DNA of 64,000 bases from Octopus vulgaris (taxonomy: Eukaryota), in NCBI GenBank assembly GCA_951406725.2, contig OX597832.1, positions 69,192,001 through 69,256,000 of the forward strand, written 5' to 3'. The notes under the pieces were generated by a model. It ran no database searches. It worked only from the letters and a program-made list of their open reading frames with translations, and was not told the origin of the DNA. The position numbers and the translations under genes are program-made. Below, one piece after another: positions 40,598 through 54,775 of this stretch (position 1 is the stretch's first letter; each line of letters begins with the position of its first letter).

Positions 40598-40885
40598 GGA
40601 GGTGCAATGACCCAGTGGTTAGGGCAACAGACTCGTGGTCGGAGGATCAGGGTTTTGATTCCCAGACCAGGCGTTGTGTGTGATTTTTGAGCGAAAACAC
40701 CTAAAAGCTCCTCGAGGCTCTGACAGGGGGTGGTGGCGATCCCTGTTGTACTCTTTCGCCACAACTTTCTCTCACTCTCTCTTCCTGTTTCTTGAGTAAC
40801 GTTGAGATGGGGAGAACACATACGCCACAAAAACCGAGAAACCGAGCCCATGAGCCTGGCTAGGCTTGAAAAGGGTGACGTTTAT
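40598..40885 (+). mobile_element. SINE family C, second copy
   Basis: The first ~200 bp are colinear with 4839-5020. The 3' part differs. Confidence 0.75.
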
Positions 40886-40913
40886 GTTTTTTATATACAT
40901 ATATACATATATA

Positions 40914-40950
<37 letters not shown>

Positions 40951-41770
40951 ACACACAAATATGTATATACACATATTTACATATATGTATAAAAATGTAA
41001 ATATATGTATATGTGTGTGTATGTGCATGTGTGTGTGTGTAAATTCAAAATGGCTTCTAGATATTTGAACATTTGTTGGTCAACTCTAGTGAAGAAGTTG
41101 TAATACAGTTGAAGTGACTTATTTTCATTATTTTTAGGTCTATGTGTAGTGTACAGGATGCAGCTGCTACCTTGATAGCAGGCTGCTGTTTGGTATATTT
41201 AGCAACGTCGTTTGTGTGTGTGTGTATGAAAAAGAAAGAATGAACTGAAAAAACATGTGGTTATCACTTCAGAGGATGCAACTTATAATTCAAACATAAC
41301 TGTTAGAGTAAATAAGAGATTAAGAAGTCTCCTATAGCTGTTTCTAGAATAGCTTTGCATTTGGTGCATATCTCATTGAGCAAAGATTTCCAAATAAAAC
41401 CAACTATTCCATCTTCAGAGAGAAAGAGTTAAGAAATATCCTTAATAAAGGCTATTTCCATCATTGTGTTTATTGTATATACCTATTACATTACATCATT
41501 AGACACAATTTTATCTGTATTTTGTGCGTGTGTGTCACAAACTTAGTCTCAATGCTGCTATCATCTGAAGCACTTAAAATAGGGTAAAATATCCAAATAA
41601 CTACCTGGTGGTAGGTACCTGTTTAACTAATTCAGTAAAGGGGTGGATAACAATATATAAGTTGGTGCTTGTTTCACATAATCAAAAACCTGTTCCAGAG
41701 ACAAATGGCACAAACTACTGACATCTAAACAAATGGCACAAACTCTGACATGTAAACAAATACTGGACTA

Positions 41771-42201
41771 CAGTGTTATATTTACGAGATGAGGAATTAT
41801 GTACATTATTTACATTTGACGGATATTTGTCCTCATCTTCTTTGTTGTTAACACAATGTTTTGGCTGATATACCCTCCAGCCTTCATCAGGTGTCTTGGA
41901 GAAATTTCGAACCTGCCTTCTAATTCCTTTGGTATTTTCCGATATTATTATTATTATTCAGGTCAGTCCCTGGAATCAAACTCAGAATCTTGGGGTTAGT
42001 AGCCCATGCTCTTAACCACTATGCCATAAGCCAGTGGGCATATGGCATAGTGGTTAAGAAAAATACCATAGCAATAGGAACCCAGGTTCAAAATTTCCCC
42101 AAGACACCTGATGAAGGCTGGAGGGTATATCAGCTGAAATGTGCTAACAACAAACAAGATGAGGACAAATATCCGTCAAATGTAAATAATGTAAATAATT
42201 T
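41771..42201. mobile_element. Fold-back element: tRNA-like head + (TAA)n + hammerhead tail, copy 1
   Basis: Inverted arms surround the central IR cttaaccactatgccata/tatggcatagtggttaag. A 13-bp TSD aaatactggacta lies at 41758-41770 and 42202-42214. CTGATGA cores occur at 41884-41890 (minus) and 42108-42114 (plus). Confidence 0.8.
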
Positions 42202-43034
42202 AAATACTGGACTATCTTCTCGGTGGCTCTTACCTACATCTCATGGCTAACAAGGAGGTCACGCTTGAACTCAGCACTTCAGCATCACATTCAGTGACAT
42301 AGCACATAGCACCAAATTCTGACAGAAAACTGCAGTGCCTATTTAAATCTTGTCGACTTGAGGAATTTGTTTTGTGAGATATATGACTCGGTCATGAATG
42401 TAAAATACATTTCAATGTGACAAAAAAGTGAAAAAAGAAATCTATAGAATATGTTTGAAAGAGGTGAATTACTACAAGTGAAATCAAATATTCAGGTTTT
42501 AATATAATATAGCTGAGGAAAGAACGTTTTCAGACAAACAGCAACAGTTTCTTCTTCTGTGAAGAAAGCTACCTTCTATGAATTCAATAGTATTTACGTA
42601 ATACGATCATGTCATTCACACGTCTGTTAGCTCACAAATAAAAAAAATATCCCTCAAAAATAATACAGACCTGTACAGCAGCAGAAAGCTTAACCTGATT
42701 ACATACATAAAACATGAGGTCAGAGCAAACAGATTCCTATTCATGTAAGAATGCAGTATTCCAAGAAAGCAATCTAATCGATGTTAGGGCATGAAAAAAA
42801 ATGTGTAAATGATTATCAAAGAGTTCAGACAAGTTCAACTCATAGACAAAATGAGAATTTTTTTTATCCCTTAGAAAATAAAAATAAGGGTAGAACATGC
42901 ATTCAGATGACAAGCAGTATGTTGGAGACAAACATATATATATATATATATATACACATGCACACACACACATATATATATATATATATGTGTTCATGTT
43001 TATTGGTAGCTATAGATAAATGTGCATGCATGCA

Positions 43035-43083
<49 letters not shown>

Positions 43084-44136
43084 AATTGTAAACATATGTG
43101 TACTTATGCTGTGTGTGTGTGTGCGTTTGCGTATGTGCATGCATAGTATTAATTTATACTCCAACCTCAAAACAAAACATCTGATGCTCTAATCACTTAG
43201 CTAAATTTTGACATGGTATGATTTGAGGTCAATTTAGCTGCTATTTTTAGCAGGCTGACCATCCAATCTCATTAGGGTCACTCTCAGCTGGAGCTTAACC
43301 CATTTTCCAAGATGTATAAGTGACTGAAATTGCAACATCCTCCACTGGGTAGGACACAAGTCTGTCACAATATTAACTTCCCAACTATTGCTGAAACTTA
43401 TTTACAGCCAAGTGGACTGGGCCAACATGAAATGAAGTGTTTTGCTCAAGCACACACAGCTTGATCAAGGAACTGAAACTACAATCTTACAATTGTGAAT
43501 GCAATGCCCTTCCCACTGGGCCACATGTTTCCACAAGCATTTATCTACAAATGTGAAAATCTTTTGGAAACTTTCCTTGCCTTCATTGTTGGTGATATTA
43601 TTTAGCTCAAGAGTGGATCTGGTTTTGCAGATTTATCATCAAAGTCATTCCTGTTGTGAGAACTTTGTCATCAATGCTTCTGGGTCAATTCATTCCAACC
43701 TGTTTTTTGCCAGAAGTAATTTCATCTAAGTAGCTCTTTAAATCATTAAGGAGGGCCTGAAAATGTTGTGAGGAATGTCCCTTCCTTTTTGATTAAAACA
43801 TCAATAAAAACAAATTGCCATATTATTGGTCAGATACAAACTATTTATGTTCATTGAAGGGTCTTTCAAAAACTTCCCTTCGACTGAAAGATCTCCGGCT
43901 ACATTTACAGGAAGAGTTGAACTTGGGGTTATAAGTCAATAAAGCAGTTATCAATTTGATAGTCATCCCACTGCCTGCCCTCGAAAAGTTTCATGTCACC
44001 AGGTACATTGGTATGGGAAGGATTAACTGAGACCAAAGTGGTTGAAGACACCACAGTACAAATAGAGACAGTAATGGTGGTGAGGCTTCCTATCATTCAG
44101 GAGGAGGTTATAAGATATTCTTGAAAAATTTATCTC

Positions 44137-44276
44137 GTTATTTACATTAGACGGATATTTGTCCTCATATTCTTTGTTGTTAACACAAGGTTTCAGCTGA
44201 TATATCCTCCAGCCTTCATCGGGTGTCTTGGGGAAATTTCGAACCTGGGTTCTCATTTCTAAGGTATTTTTTGATA

Positions 44277-44329
<53 letters not shown>

Positions 44330-44450
44330 CATTATTATTATTCATGTCACTGCTTAGAATTGAACTCGAAATCTTGGTGTTAGTAGCCCATGCTCTTAAA
44401 CACTATGCCATATGCCCACAGACATATGGCATAGTGGCATATGGCAGTGG

Positions 44451-44537
<87 letters not shown>

Positions 44538-44589
44538 TAATAATAATAATAATAATGATGATGATAATAAAAATTATAATAATAATAAC

Positions 44590-44657
<68 letters not shown>

Positions 44658-44841
44658 TTATAATAATAATAACAACAACATCGAAAAATACCCAAGTTCG
44701 AAATTTCCCAAAGACACCTGATGAAGGCTGGAGGGTATATCAGCCAAAACGTTGTATTAACAAACAAGATGAGGATAAATATCTGTTAACTGTAAATAAT
44801 GAACATAATTCCTCATCTCTTAAATCTAGAACTGTATTAAC
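44137..44841. mobile_element. Fold-back element: tRNA-like head + (TAA)n + hammerhead tail, copy 2
   Basis: Same arms and centre as 41771-42201, with expanded (TAA)n. Possible TSD tttatctc at 44129-44136 and 44842-44849. Confidence 0.78.
44713..44758 (+). ncRNA. Putative minimal hammerhead ribozyme (decayed copy)
   Basis: gacac-CTGATGA-a-ggctg(gagggtatat)cagcc-aAAAC-GTT-gtatt. The consensus of the four arms restores GAAAC-GTT-gtgtt. Confidence 0.6.
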
Positions 44842-46336
44842 TTTATCTCACTTTGTGGATCAGAGCCCACTCTGTGTTGGTAGAGATACCAGTGAGATCT
44901 GTAATACATAGCATGATGGTGGATTCTCATGAAATTGATGTATACTTTGACACTGCTTGAAAATACAACAGTGTCTTTGTTTTTGTTTTTTTGTCCAGTC
45001 AGCTTGAAGTGTGACAAACAGAAATGCTAAAGTAATTACATAACTTAAATAAAATAAGCATTGGGGAACTTATTGTGGGGTTCAGTCATTGATACGATCA
45101 ACTAAAAACCTTTATAGTAGATTTCCTGAAACAAGGAAAGTAGATATTGGCATTGGAGGTGGAAGTTGAACTTTGGTGAAAGCTAAGGAAATAACAAGGA
45201 CTGAATAGATGGAGTATAGCAAACACAATGGGGTGGTCACAACAGGAAAGTCTTTGATCATAGGTCTACTAAATCACAGCTGGCTTGAGGCTAAACAAAC
45301 AATAGTTGTGGTTCTCAAATGAAACGTACCATTTATGTTTAATTGCTCAGCCACTAATGATCTGCCACACAGGTCTGTATGTGGCTACTTGGTAGCTAGA
45401 AATAGCAGTCTAATCTTTCCCAAACAGCACTTCCCCAACCATCTTCAACTGGGAGGGACACATTGGGTAATGGAGTTGTGTATTTGACAATGTCTGAAAG
45501 TGAGAGAGGATGGCCATGGGTGGAATACTTTTGATCCTAAATCTGTACAACTATGGATGATTGGGATAAATAATAACAACAACAGCAACAACATAATCAG
45601 GCAGAGTCTTTGGAGTGTTGGCCATAATGCTTTGCAATGTTTGTGTCAATTCTCTATGATCAGAGTTCTTATCCTACCAAGGTAAAACTTTTGACTTTCA
45701 ATCTTTGGTGCAGAATCAATAAAATGAAACATCAATCCAGGACCCTGGATAATGGAACTGTCAGAATGTCAGATCAGATGTCTTACATTATTTGTTCCAT
45801 CTGTTTGAGTTCTGGGTTCCAATCTCAACATAGACTACTAGGGTAGTAGACCTTATCAATGCACCATTTAATATGGCCACCTGGTGACTAGGGGTGCCAA
45901 AAAATGGGGCTCACTTTGATACAAGCATTTGGACCAGGTCTCTGGTTTGAGGACACACTCCCACCAGCCTTAGAAATACTAAAGAGTGATGGTACTGACC
46001 CTTCTCTTTTTGACTAAAGAATAATATAAAATTGGTAACAAACTTTAATAGGAGCCATTGATATAGATTATGAATATCATTAATAGGTATAACTTTGACT
46101 GTCTTGGAGAGAGATAGAAACAAATAATGCTGGAGCCACATCAAAAGCCCCCATGCTGACATCACATACAAAGATTCCAATATACTCTGTAAAGTGGTGG
46201 CTGGTGTTAGGAAGGACATCCAGCCATAGAAACCAAGCTAACACAAATGACTGGAGCCTGGTGCAATGCTCTCGCTTGCCAGCTCATGGCAAACCATCCG
46301 ACCCCTGCTAGCATGAAAAAAACGGACATCAAATGG

Positions 46337-46367
<31 letters not shown>

Positions 46368-47289
46368 GACAATGACAATGATGGTGATGATGATGATGGT
46401 GGTGGTGGTGATGATAGTGACGATGACAATGACAGTGATGATGGTGGTGTTGGTGGTGATGATGGTGATTGCAAATGAATAATTCCCAAAACCATTTCCA
46501 AACCAGCACAAGTTCTTACGCAACCATCAGAAATTGACTAAATCAATAATTTCTTTCTCCTTTTTTCCAACTTTCTACTTTATGAAAACAAAAATGTTCT
46601 TGTAATATAAATAACTGACAACACAAATTATAATGATTGATAAATGAGGATAAGAATAAGATCTAGATTTGCAGAGAGGGGAAAGGACAAAAAGGGTGGG
46701 TGGTGGGAAGAAAAACTGCCAGTCATCAATTTAAAGAAGAAGTTTGGCACAAAATGACGTAGTATTAAAATTACTTTTTTAAAAATATTTTTTAGACATT
46801 TCACATTATTATCACTATTGTATTTTTATTTTATTCATTTGTTTCAAGTTAGATGACTTGGAAAATTGAGATATTTGTTTATCGATTCAAATTTCATAAC
46901 TCAGTGACCTTTCGAAAACCAACAAAGAAAACAAACTCTAAGGCCCCTCCTTTTCATTGTTATTACAGCTGCCAGAATTTTAAATGTTTCAAGTGGTGAC
47001 TGGATAATAAAATAAGTGAAACAGGCCCCACTTTGTGTGCTTTTCAGCAGAGAATATTCTGGCTAACTGTTTCCCAATACAATAATTGCATATTCAAAGC
47101 ATTAGTTGGGTAGATGTATAATTTATAAATATATATATATATATATATATGATGTTAGGAAGGGTATCCAGCTGTAGAAACTTTGCCAGATCAGACAAGA
47201 GCCTGGTGCAGCCTTCTGGCTTGCCAGTTCTCAGTCAAACCGTCCAACCCATGCCAGCATGGAAAACGGACATTGAATGATGAGGACGA

Positions 47290-47342
<53 letters not shown>

Positions 47343-47388
47343 TATATACACACACACGCATATATATATATACATACATATATATATA

Positions 47389-47469
<81 letters not shown>

Positions 47470-47471
<2 letters not shown>

Positions 47472-50400
47472 GGCTGTCCCCTCATTATCGAGTATGGCCA
47501 TTGCACAAAGCTTAACTGTTACTGGTGTTGTGATTGAATGTGACTTTTTAGCCCAGCTAAAAATGTCTTGTACAAAATTGGCAACTAAAACCTTTACTGG
47601 CAATAGCCCGCTGTAGTTGTAACTGGGCTTCATGTACCTTTGCATGTCGTTTAAGTCCTCCTGCCGAATTACACTCTTTTCTACATGCCCGACAGATATG
47701 ATTAGCATGGTGTGTTACACCACCACCAGTGGCCAGGTTGTCACTCATCTGTCTTGTTTTATGACTACGAAGATGACTCTTGAGTCCAGCTTTACTGAGG
47801 CAGGATCTTGCACAGACATTGCATGTCAACATCAAAGGAAGACCCTTCCCTTCTGGAAGTGTAACAGCGATGCCCTTCCTGACATCCCTCCTTACTTTCT
47901 CATATGCAACTCGAGATTTCTCAAAAGTGGCTGTCCCCTCATGCACAATCCTTCTCCACCTGCTACGATCAATAGCTATGCCTTCCCGTGTGTCAGGAGA
48001 GATGCTAGCATCTCTTAAGGAAGCCTTCAGCAAGTCCTTTTTTGGTTTATGTGGAGGTCGTTCTCCTTTAGCTAACTCTCCATAAAAGAGTTGTTTTGGT
48101 ATCCTTGAATCCTTCATTCTGACCAGATGACCACACCATCTGAGCCTTTGCTTTAACACAAGAGCTTCAATACTTTCACACCGAGAGCCTTCCAATATTT
48201 CAAGATCACTGATGTGGTCCTTCCACTTAATGCCATAGATCCATCTGAGGCACATCTGATGGAAATGTTCCAGTTGTTTAAGGTGGTATCGATATGTGAC
48301 CCACGTCTCACAGGCATAGAGAAGAGAAGGGAGCACATATGCCTTGTACACCTTTATCTTTGTCTTTCTGCATATGTCTCGCCGACTCCAGAGGCGCCTT
48401 TCTAGCCTTCCGAAAGCAACACTTGCTTTCCTAATTCTATATGGAATTTCATCATCCAAATTGCCATATCTATTAATAGTGCTTCATAGGTAGACAAACT
48501 GATGAACTACATCAAGTCGTTTACCATACACATAGATATTTGGTACACTATACTGCTTACCAGGGGCAGGTTGATGCATGACAACAGTTTTCTTGAGATT
48601 GACTGTCAATCCTAAGGCAGTGCAAGCATCAGAGAGTGCATTCAAAATGTGTTGCATATCAATCTGTGTGCGCTACTAGCTCACAATCATCTGCATACAA
48701 AAGGTCTCTTATGATAGAGGTAAATACCTTTGTTTTTGCAGCAAGGCACCTGATATTAAATATGCTGCCAGAGGTTCTATAATGGATGTAAACACCGTAT
48801 CTGCAGTTTCTGAATGCAATACAGAACACCATCGTGAAATATATGGAAAATAGGTTCGGTGCCAGAATATCCCCCTGTTTCACTCTATTTTGTATTGAAA
48901 TGGGCTCCGACATTTTCTCTCTAACATTCACCCTACCATTCATGTCTTCATGAAAAGACCTAACCAAAGCAAGGAACTTTTCAGGACACCCTAGTTTCTG
49001 GAGGACTTTTCACAATGCTTTTCTATTGACGGTATCTAAGTCTTTTGTCAGATCGACAAAAACCTGATGCAAATCCAAACCCTGTTCCACACACTTTTCC
49101 TGAAGCTGTCTAGCTGAAAAGATCATATCAGCAGTGCCACGTCCACACGAAAGCCAGATTGACTTTCTGGAAGAACACAATCTGCAATGTATTTCAGCAG
49201 ACGATCCAGAAGTATCCGGCATAAAACCTTTCCTACAGCAGACAGCAATGATACTCCCCTATAATTACCACAATCGTTCCTGTTGCCCTTTCCCTTATAC
49301 AGGACCACCATTACTGCATCTCTCCAGTCCTCAGGTACAGATTCACTGGTCCATACCTTACCAAACAAAGAGTGAAGTTTCTGCAGAATTTTCTCACCAC
49401 CATGCTGTAACAACTCCGCATGTATGCCATCCATACCCGGAGACTTCCCATTATTCAACCTTGAGACAGCCATTGCAACTTCTTCCAACTTTGGTGGTTC
49501 TGTGAGTGCTGCCTTCACAGGCAATCCAGGGATGAGATTGAGAACATCCTCACTAACTACAGACTGCTGATTCAAAAGTTCATCAAAGTGTCCTTGCCAC
49601 CTTCACAGAATTCCTTGTGAATCACAAAGAAGTTCTTTACCATCCCTGCTTTGATGTGGTGTCATCAGGGAAGACATCGGTCCATAAACTTCTCGCAAGA
49701 GACCATACAACAGCTTTGTGTTATTGGAATCTGATGCCACCTGTATCTCATCAGCCTTCTAACTCCACCATGTATCCCTCATCTGAGAGAGCCTTTGTTT
49801 CACATGTGATTTTACGTCCTTGAGTTCTCTATGCATTACTTCCCTTTCTTGTGGCTTTGCTGACAAATAGCGTGACAAAGTACGTATTTTATCAGCCAAT
49901 AAATCTATGTTCATCATTTTCTTTGAACTAATCTTGATGCTTTCTTTGTATCAATCCCAGAACTTTCTTGCCTATATCATAAACTGACTTTTTAAGGGTC
50001 GGCCAATCCTCCCCAATATCTGCAGCATTCATTTCCTCTCGTAAAGTTCTCTTCACACTATTATACCTAAGACGATCAACATTCAGTCTTTTAGGCAGGG
50101 TAATCCCTGTAGCTCGGATTTTATGTTTTGTGACTAATTTCACTTTTGCACGTACTAGGCGGTGGTCAGTCCAACACTCAGCTCCACGAAGAACATGAAC
50201 ACACTGCACATCCTGTCTGTCACGCACCCTAACAAGGATGTAATCCAGAATATGCTATTCTTTAGATGCAGGGTGCATCCATGTAGTCTTAAGCTTATTC
50301 TTTTGTTGAAACATGGTATTGGTAACACACAGACGCAGCTCCTCACACATCTGCAGCAGAAGCATGCCATTACTATTACACTTCCCCACCCCATGCTTTC

Positions 50401-51680
50401 CAATTACAGTCCATGTTTTAAAATCCCTACCCACTCTAGCATTAAAGTCACCCAGTACGATGACTTTGTCTGCCCGAAGGATATTTCTTATAATACCCTT
50501 CAAAGCATGGCAGAAAGAAAGTTTTTCGTCATCAGTATAGCACATAGTTGGAGCATACACACTCACCAAGGTCAAAGAATTTCCTTTAGCCAAAGGAATT
50601 CTCATGGACATAAGACGCTCGTTAATTCCGATTGGGAATTCTGCCAACTTGTCCATAAGGGTAGTCTTAACAGCAAATGCCACTCCAGCTTCTCCTCTAA
50701 ACTCTTCATTCCTCCCTTTCCAAAAGAATGTATATTTTCCACAAGATTCTGTAAGATGACCATCTCCAAGTAATCTCGTCTCCGATAAAGCAACGATGTC
50801 AAGATCATAGCATTGAAACTCCTTCGCAGCAACCGCAGTCCTTCTTTCAGGACGTTCAGAGGACTTGCGGTCAAGCAGTGTCCGTACATTCCAACAGCCA
50901 ATGTTCAATATTTTCTTTGGTTCTATCACAGTAGCATGATGACGGCCGGGTTCAGACTGTGATACTCTGGAGCCCTTGCCGGGCCAGACTCTTTCAGCTT
51001 ATGTGGTTTCAGAGTCCTTACTGCCATTTATTTTTATACTGTTTTGGTACATCATTGATTTTTTGCTTTTTAAGGCTACAGCCAGCCATTCAGTTGAGAC
51101 TCACAGTGCCATCAACAATCATGGATTAGTTAATCAATTTAATCAATCAATCAATGTTGTTATCGTGCAATGCCTGTGCAAAAAGATTTTTTTTAAAGTG
51201 AGGAAAGGCTGTGCACTGAGTCAATCCCACTCACTAAGCAACAGCAGCCATAATCCGAAAAGAAGAACAAGTCAACATCATCGGTAACCATTGAGCCGCA
51301 GGTTTTATGTCGGAGTTATCCCAGTTACCTGAGTTACTTTCTCCTAGAAGGATGCCCTAACAAAGCCTAGGAGTCCTTCACTCCCAATGGTTTAACCGCG
51401 TGATCGGGTATTCAGTCTAATTATTTCTATGTCCCTACACATGATACAGCCTTAAGCCTTAAGAAAAAAAAAATTGCACATTTATTGGATGGCCGTTGAC
51501 TCTCAAGAGTTCCTCCGCCCTTTGACGGGTTTTGCTTTTCATCCCACAGGGTGTCCAATAAACACCCTCCTCACCAAGCAAGCTTGGTGGGGTTGCCGGT
51601 TTAGTCGCCGACAACCTGACCATGCAACAGGTTGTACTGGGTTACATGTTACCAGTAGCACTTGAAAGTGACCTGACATA
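47470..51680 (-). mobile_element. Near-full-length RTE-clade LINE, decayed
   Basis: In order: 5' UTR, APE domain (IGCWNVRTL, ALSETR, VYAPT, GDFNARVG), RT (KSPGMDGI, NYRGVSLL, QGDILAPNLF, LLYADD), C-terminal region. Multiple stops and frameshifts. (TA)n flanks. Confidence 0.95.
47519..50929 (-). pseudogene. RTE APE-RT polyprotein, fragmented, with C-terminal C2H2 fingers
   Basis: ORF pieces 50255-50929, 49928-50227, 49123-49575, 49010-49222, 48659-48967 and 47557-48459 are colinear parts of one ORF. Confidence 0.92.
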
Positions 51681-51816
51681 AATATATATATATATACACA
51701 TATATACATATAACGGATATTAAAATGAATGGTTTACACCTGGTAGGTTACTGGTAAAGCACGGTCACTTTCATAGTGATCATTATGTATATTCTATCTT
51801 CCTTCTTTCCTTTGAC

Positions 51817-51848
<32 letters not shown>

Positions 51849-51891
51849 GTTCATAAGTGTATGCATGCATGTATCTACTGTATCTATCTTC

Positions 51892-51927
<36 letters not shown>

Positions 51928-52219
51928 TATGTATTTATATATATGTTTCACCAAAGACATATCTTGGGACAGAAGTTTCCATAGCCAGCAACATAAACAT
52001 TATCACTCATAACAGCAGTATGTTCTGAAAATATAACTTTCCCAAATAAAGTCCACCTCATATTCAAGGCTCTAATGAAGCCATAAGATGCTATCTTGGT
52101 ACCCAACTAAGATAAGAGTCCCCCACATTTATAGCAGAAACAACTGTAAGCTGATGAAGTTCATTACATAACATTTGCTTTTTTTCCGGTGTCGTGTGTG
52201 TGAAGGCTATTCAAAGTAG

Positions 52220-52688
52220 ACCTCACACATGGTTCCAGCAAGATGGGGCAACTCCTCATACTGCAAGAGAAGCAATGCAGTTGCTACAGCAATGCTTTGG
52301 AGTGAGAATAATATCAACTGGCCTTCACATTCCCCAGACTTGACTAGCCCTGATTTTTTCTTGTTGGGGGCAGCTGAAAGAGGTTTAAATCAACAAACCA
52401 GAGACCCTGGTGCAACTGAAGGAGAACATTAACAGAGAAATCAAAGAAGTGGGATCTGAAACTTTTGACAGTGCAAGTTTTGGAAAGAGCACGGGCGTGT
52501 GGAGCTCAAAATGGCTGCCATTTAACCAATGTCCTTTTTCATGTGATGTAGTGGTGTTGCAAAATTTGACTAGTGCAGATTAATTTCCATTATGTCTTTT
52601 ATTTTGTATCAAAATTTCATGCATTTATTTGTAAAGCTAAGGAAGTTATTAAAAATTGAAACCCATCAGGTACTTTGGGGACAGCCTG
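52220..52688 (+). pseudogene. Mariner-like (DDxD) transposase 3' relic
   Basis: WFQQDGATPHTA (hand translation) and WPSHSPDLTSPDFFL (ORF track). Ends ..cagcctg followed by TA. Confidence 0.75.
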
Positions 52689-53390
52689 TACTTCACAGCA
52701 TTAGTAAGGTCCAGCAGCAAGGAAGTGAGAATTTCCATGTCACACTGGACTGTAACATGAAGGTAAATTGCTGACAGCTGAATAGAGGCAAATATGGTGG
52801 GAGCTGAGTGGGGAGTAGATAAAGGATCAAAGACAAAGGAAATTAGGAAGGGGTCAAGAGAGTGTCTGACAAATATATATACATAGGGGAAGAGTAAAAG
52901 GCAAAGTGGAGTGTGCGCTCGAGTTGAGTCGCATAGTGTTGAACTTTAGGTAGTTAGTGTTTCTGTGTTAACCAATGCCTTGTGAATGAACTTGGTTGAT
53001 GGAAACTGTGTGGAAGCCTTTCATACGAAAGTGTGTTTGTGTGTATCTATCTATCTATCTATCTATATATATATATATATACATACACACACATGTGTTT
53101 GTCTGTCTGATCCACATCTCACCACTTGACAACCAGCATTGGTATCTTTACATCCCTGTAGATTAGTGGTTCAGCAAGAAGAGATTGATAGAATAAGTAA
53201 CAGACTTCAAAACAAATAAATAAGTAAAACACAGGGATGATCTGTTTGATGAAAACTCTTCAAGGTGATGCCCCAGCATGGCCACAATTCAACAACTGAA
53301 GCAAGTAAAAGATAAATGGAATATGAGAGTCCTACAAGACTGTGATAGGTGGGGAGTGAGAGAGAGCAGAGAAGAATAAGTCAATGAGTA

Positions 53391-53558
53391 GAGAGTGAAG
53401 GAGAGTAAGAGAGGGTAAGTTGAAGGATGGAAAGTGAAGGAGAGCAAGAGAGAGTAAGTTGAAGGTCAAAGAGTGAGGGAGAGCAGCGTATAAGTTGAAG
53501 GGCGGAGAGTAAAGGAGAGCAAGAGAGAATAAGCCAAAGGGTGAAGAGCGAAGGAGCG
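53391..53558 (+). repeat. Purine-rich minisatellite, ~39-bp unit, about four copies
   Basis: Degenerate repeats of gagagtgaaggagagcaagagagagtaagttgaagg. Confidence 0.75.
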
Positions 53559-54365
53559 ATAAGACATTAACGAGAGTGAAAAATCAAGAGAACTCAGTAA
53601 ATGAAGAGCAAGGGGACAATGCTTAAAGAGAAGGGGCAAAAGAGATGAAGATCAATGGATAGACATAGTGTAAGAGGATAAGGGAAATGGTGAGATGGAG
53701 TTTGAAATATCAAGAGACTAGGTCAGAGAAATATCCATGGATGGAGATTGAAAATCCAGCAAATACAAAGAGAGTTACAGACTCTCTTTCCATTGTTTGT
53801 TTTCTTTTTCTTTTTTTTTAAATGTGTTTTTAAAGGGTTCTTCTTTGAAAAGAATTTTCCACCTGACAGAATAAATTCATAATTCTTGTTGGTATCTCTC
53901 ATTCCTTTTCATTACTCTCATCATTTTATTATGCTTTTGTCTCCGATGGTCTGTGACAAAATAAGTTCTCTTAAGCTGTTGTTTCTGTCTTTTCTGTTAT
54001 TAAAAAGAAAAGAAATTGGATTTAATCTTACTAAAGAAATGGTACCTTTTGAACACCTTTTACTCTTCCCTTACACAGGATTAACTCTAATGAGCCAATA
54101 ATGAATCCATAATGAACCTCAGTGGACTTACAAGAAGGAAGATAAACATTCATTTGAACCAGATGCATCAGAGTGAAACTCATGAAAGGATCTTATTTGT
54201 TATTGATAGCAATACTCGGTATGCCCTAAATTACTGTTGCTTTTTGAAATTCCATTATATTTGTGCAATTCCTCCATCTCCAAGAAAGATTTCCTTTAAC
54301 TGCAATTAAGTCTTGAGCAACAGAATAATTGAGAAACTACTAGAATTCTCTAAATTATGATGAAC

Positions 54366-54775
54366 ATATTCTTTTACTTGTTTCAGTCATTTGACTGCAG
54401 CCATGCTGGAGCACTGCCTTTAGTAGAGCAAATCGACCCCAGGACTTATTCTTTGGAAGCCTAGTACTTATTCTATCGATCTCTTTTGCTGAACAGCTAA
54501 GTTATGGGGACATAAACACACCACCATCGGTTGTCAAGTGATGTTGGGGGGACAAACACAGACATACAAACATATATACACACATACATATATATATATA
54601 TACATATATACGACGAGTTTTTCTCAGTTTCAATCTACCAAATCCATTCACAAGGCTTTGGTCAGCCCGAGGCTATAGTAGAAGACACTTTCCCAAGGTG
54701 CCATGCAGTGGGAATGAACCCGGAACCATGTGGTTGGTAACCATGCTACTTACCACACAGCCACTCCTGCACCTA
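54366..54775 (-). mobile_element. SINE family A, full length
   Basis: Reverse complement is colinear with 29585-30030. Confidence 0.8.

Noticed and set aside
41960-42030. tRNA-like sequence as a functional tRNA gene
   Set aside because: The acceptor stem is not formed, the B box is degenerate, and it is embedded in a repeated element, so it is treated as a SINE head.
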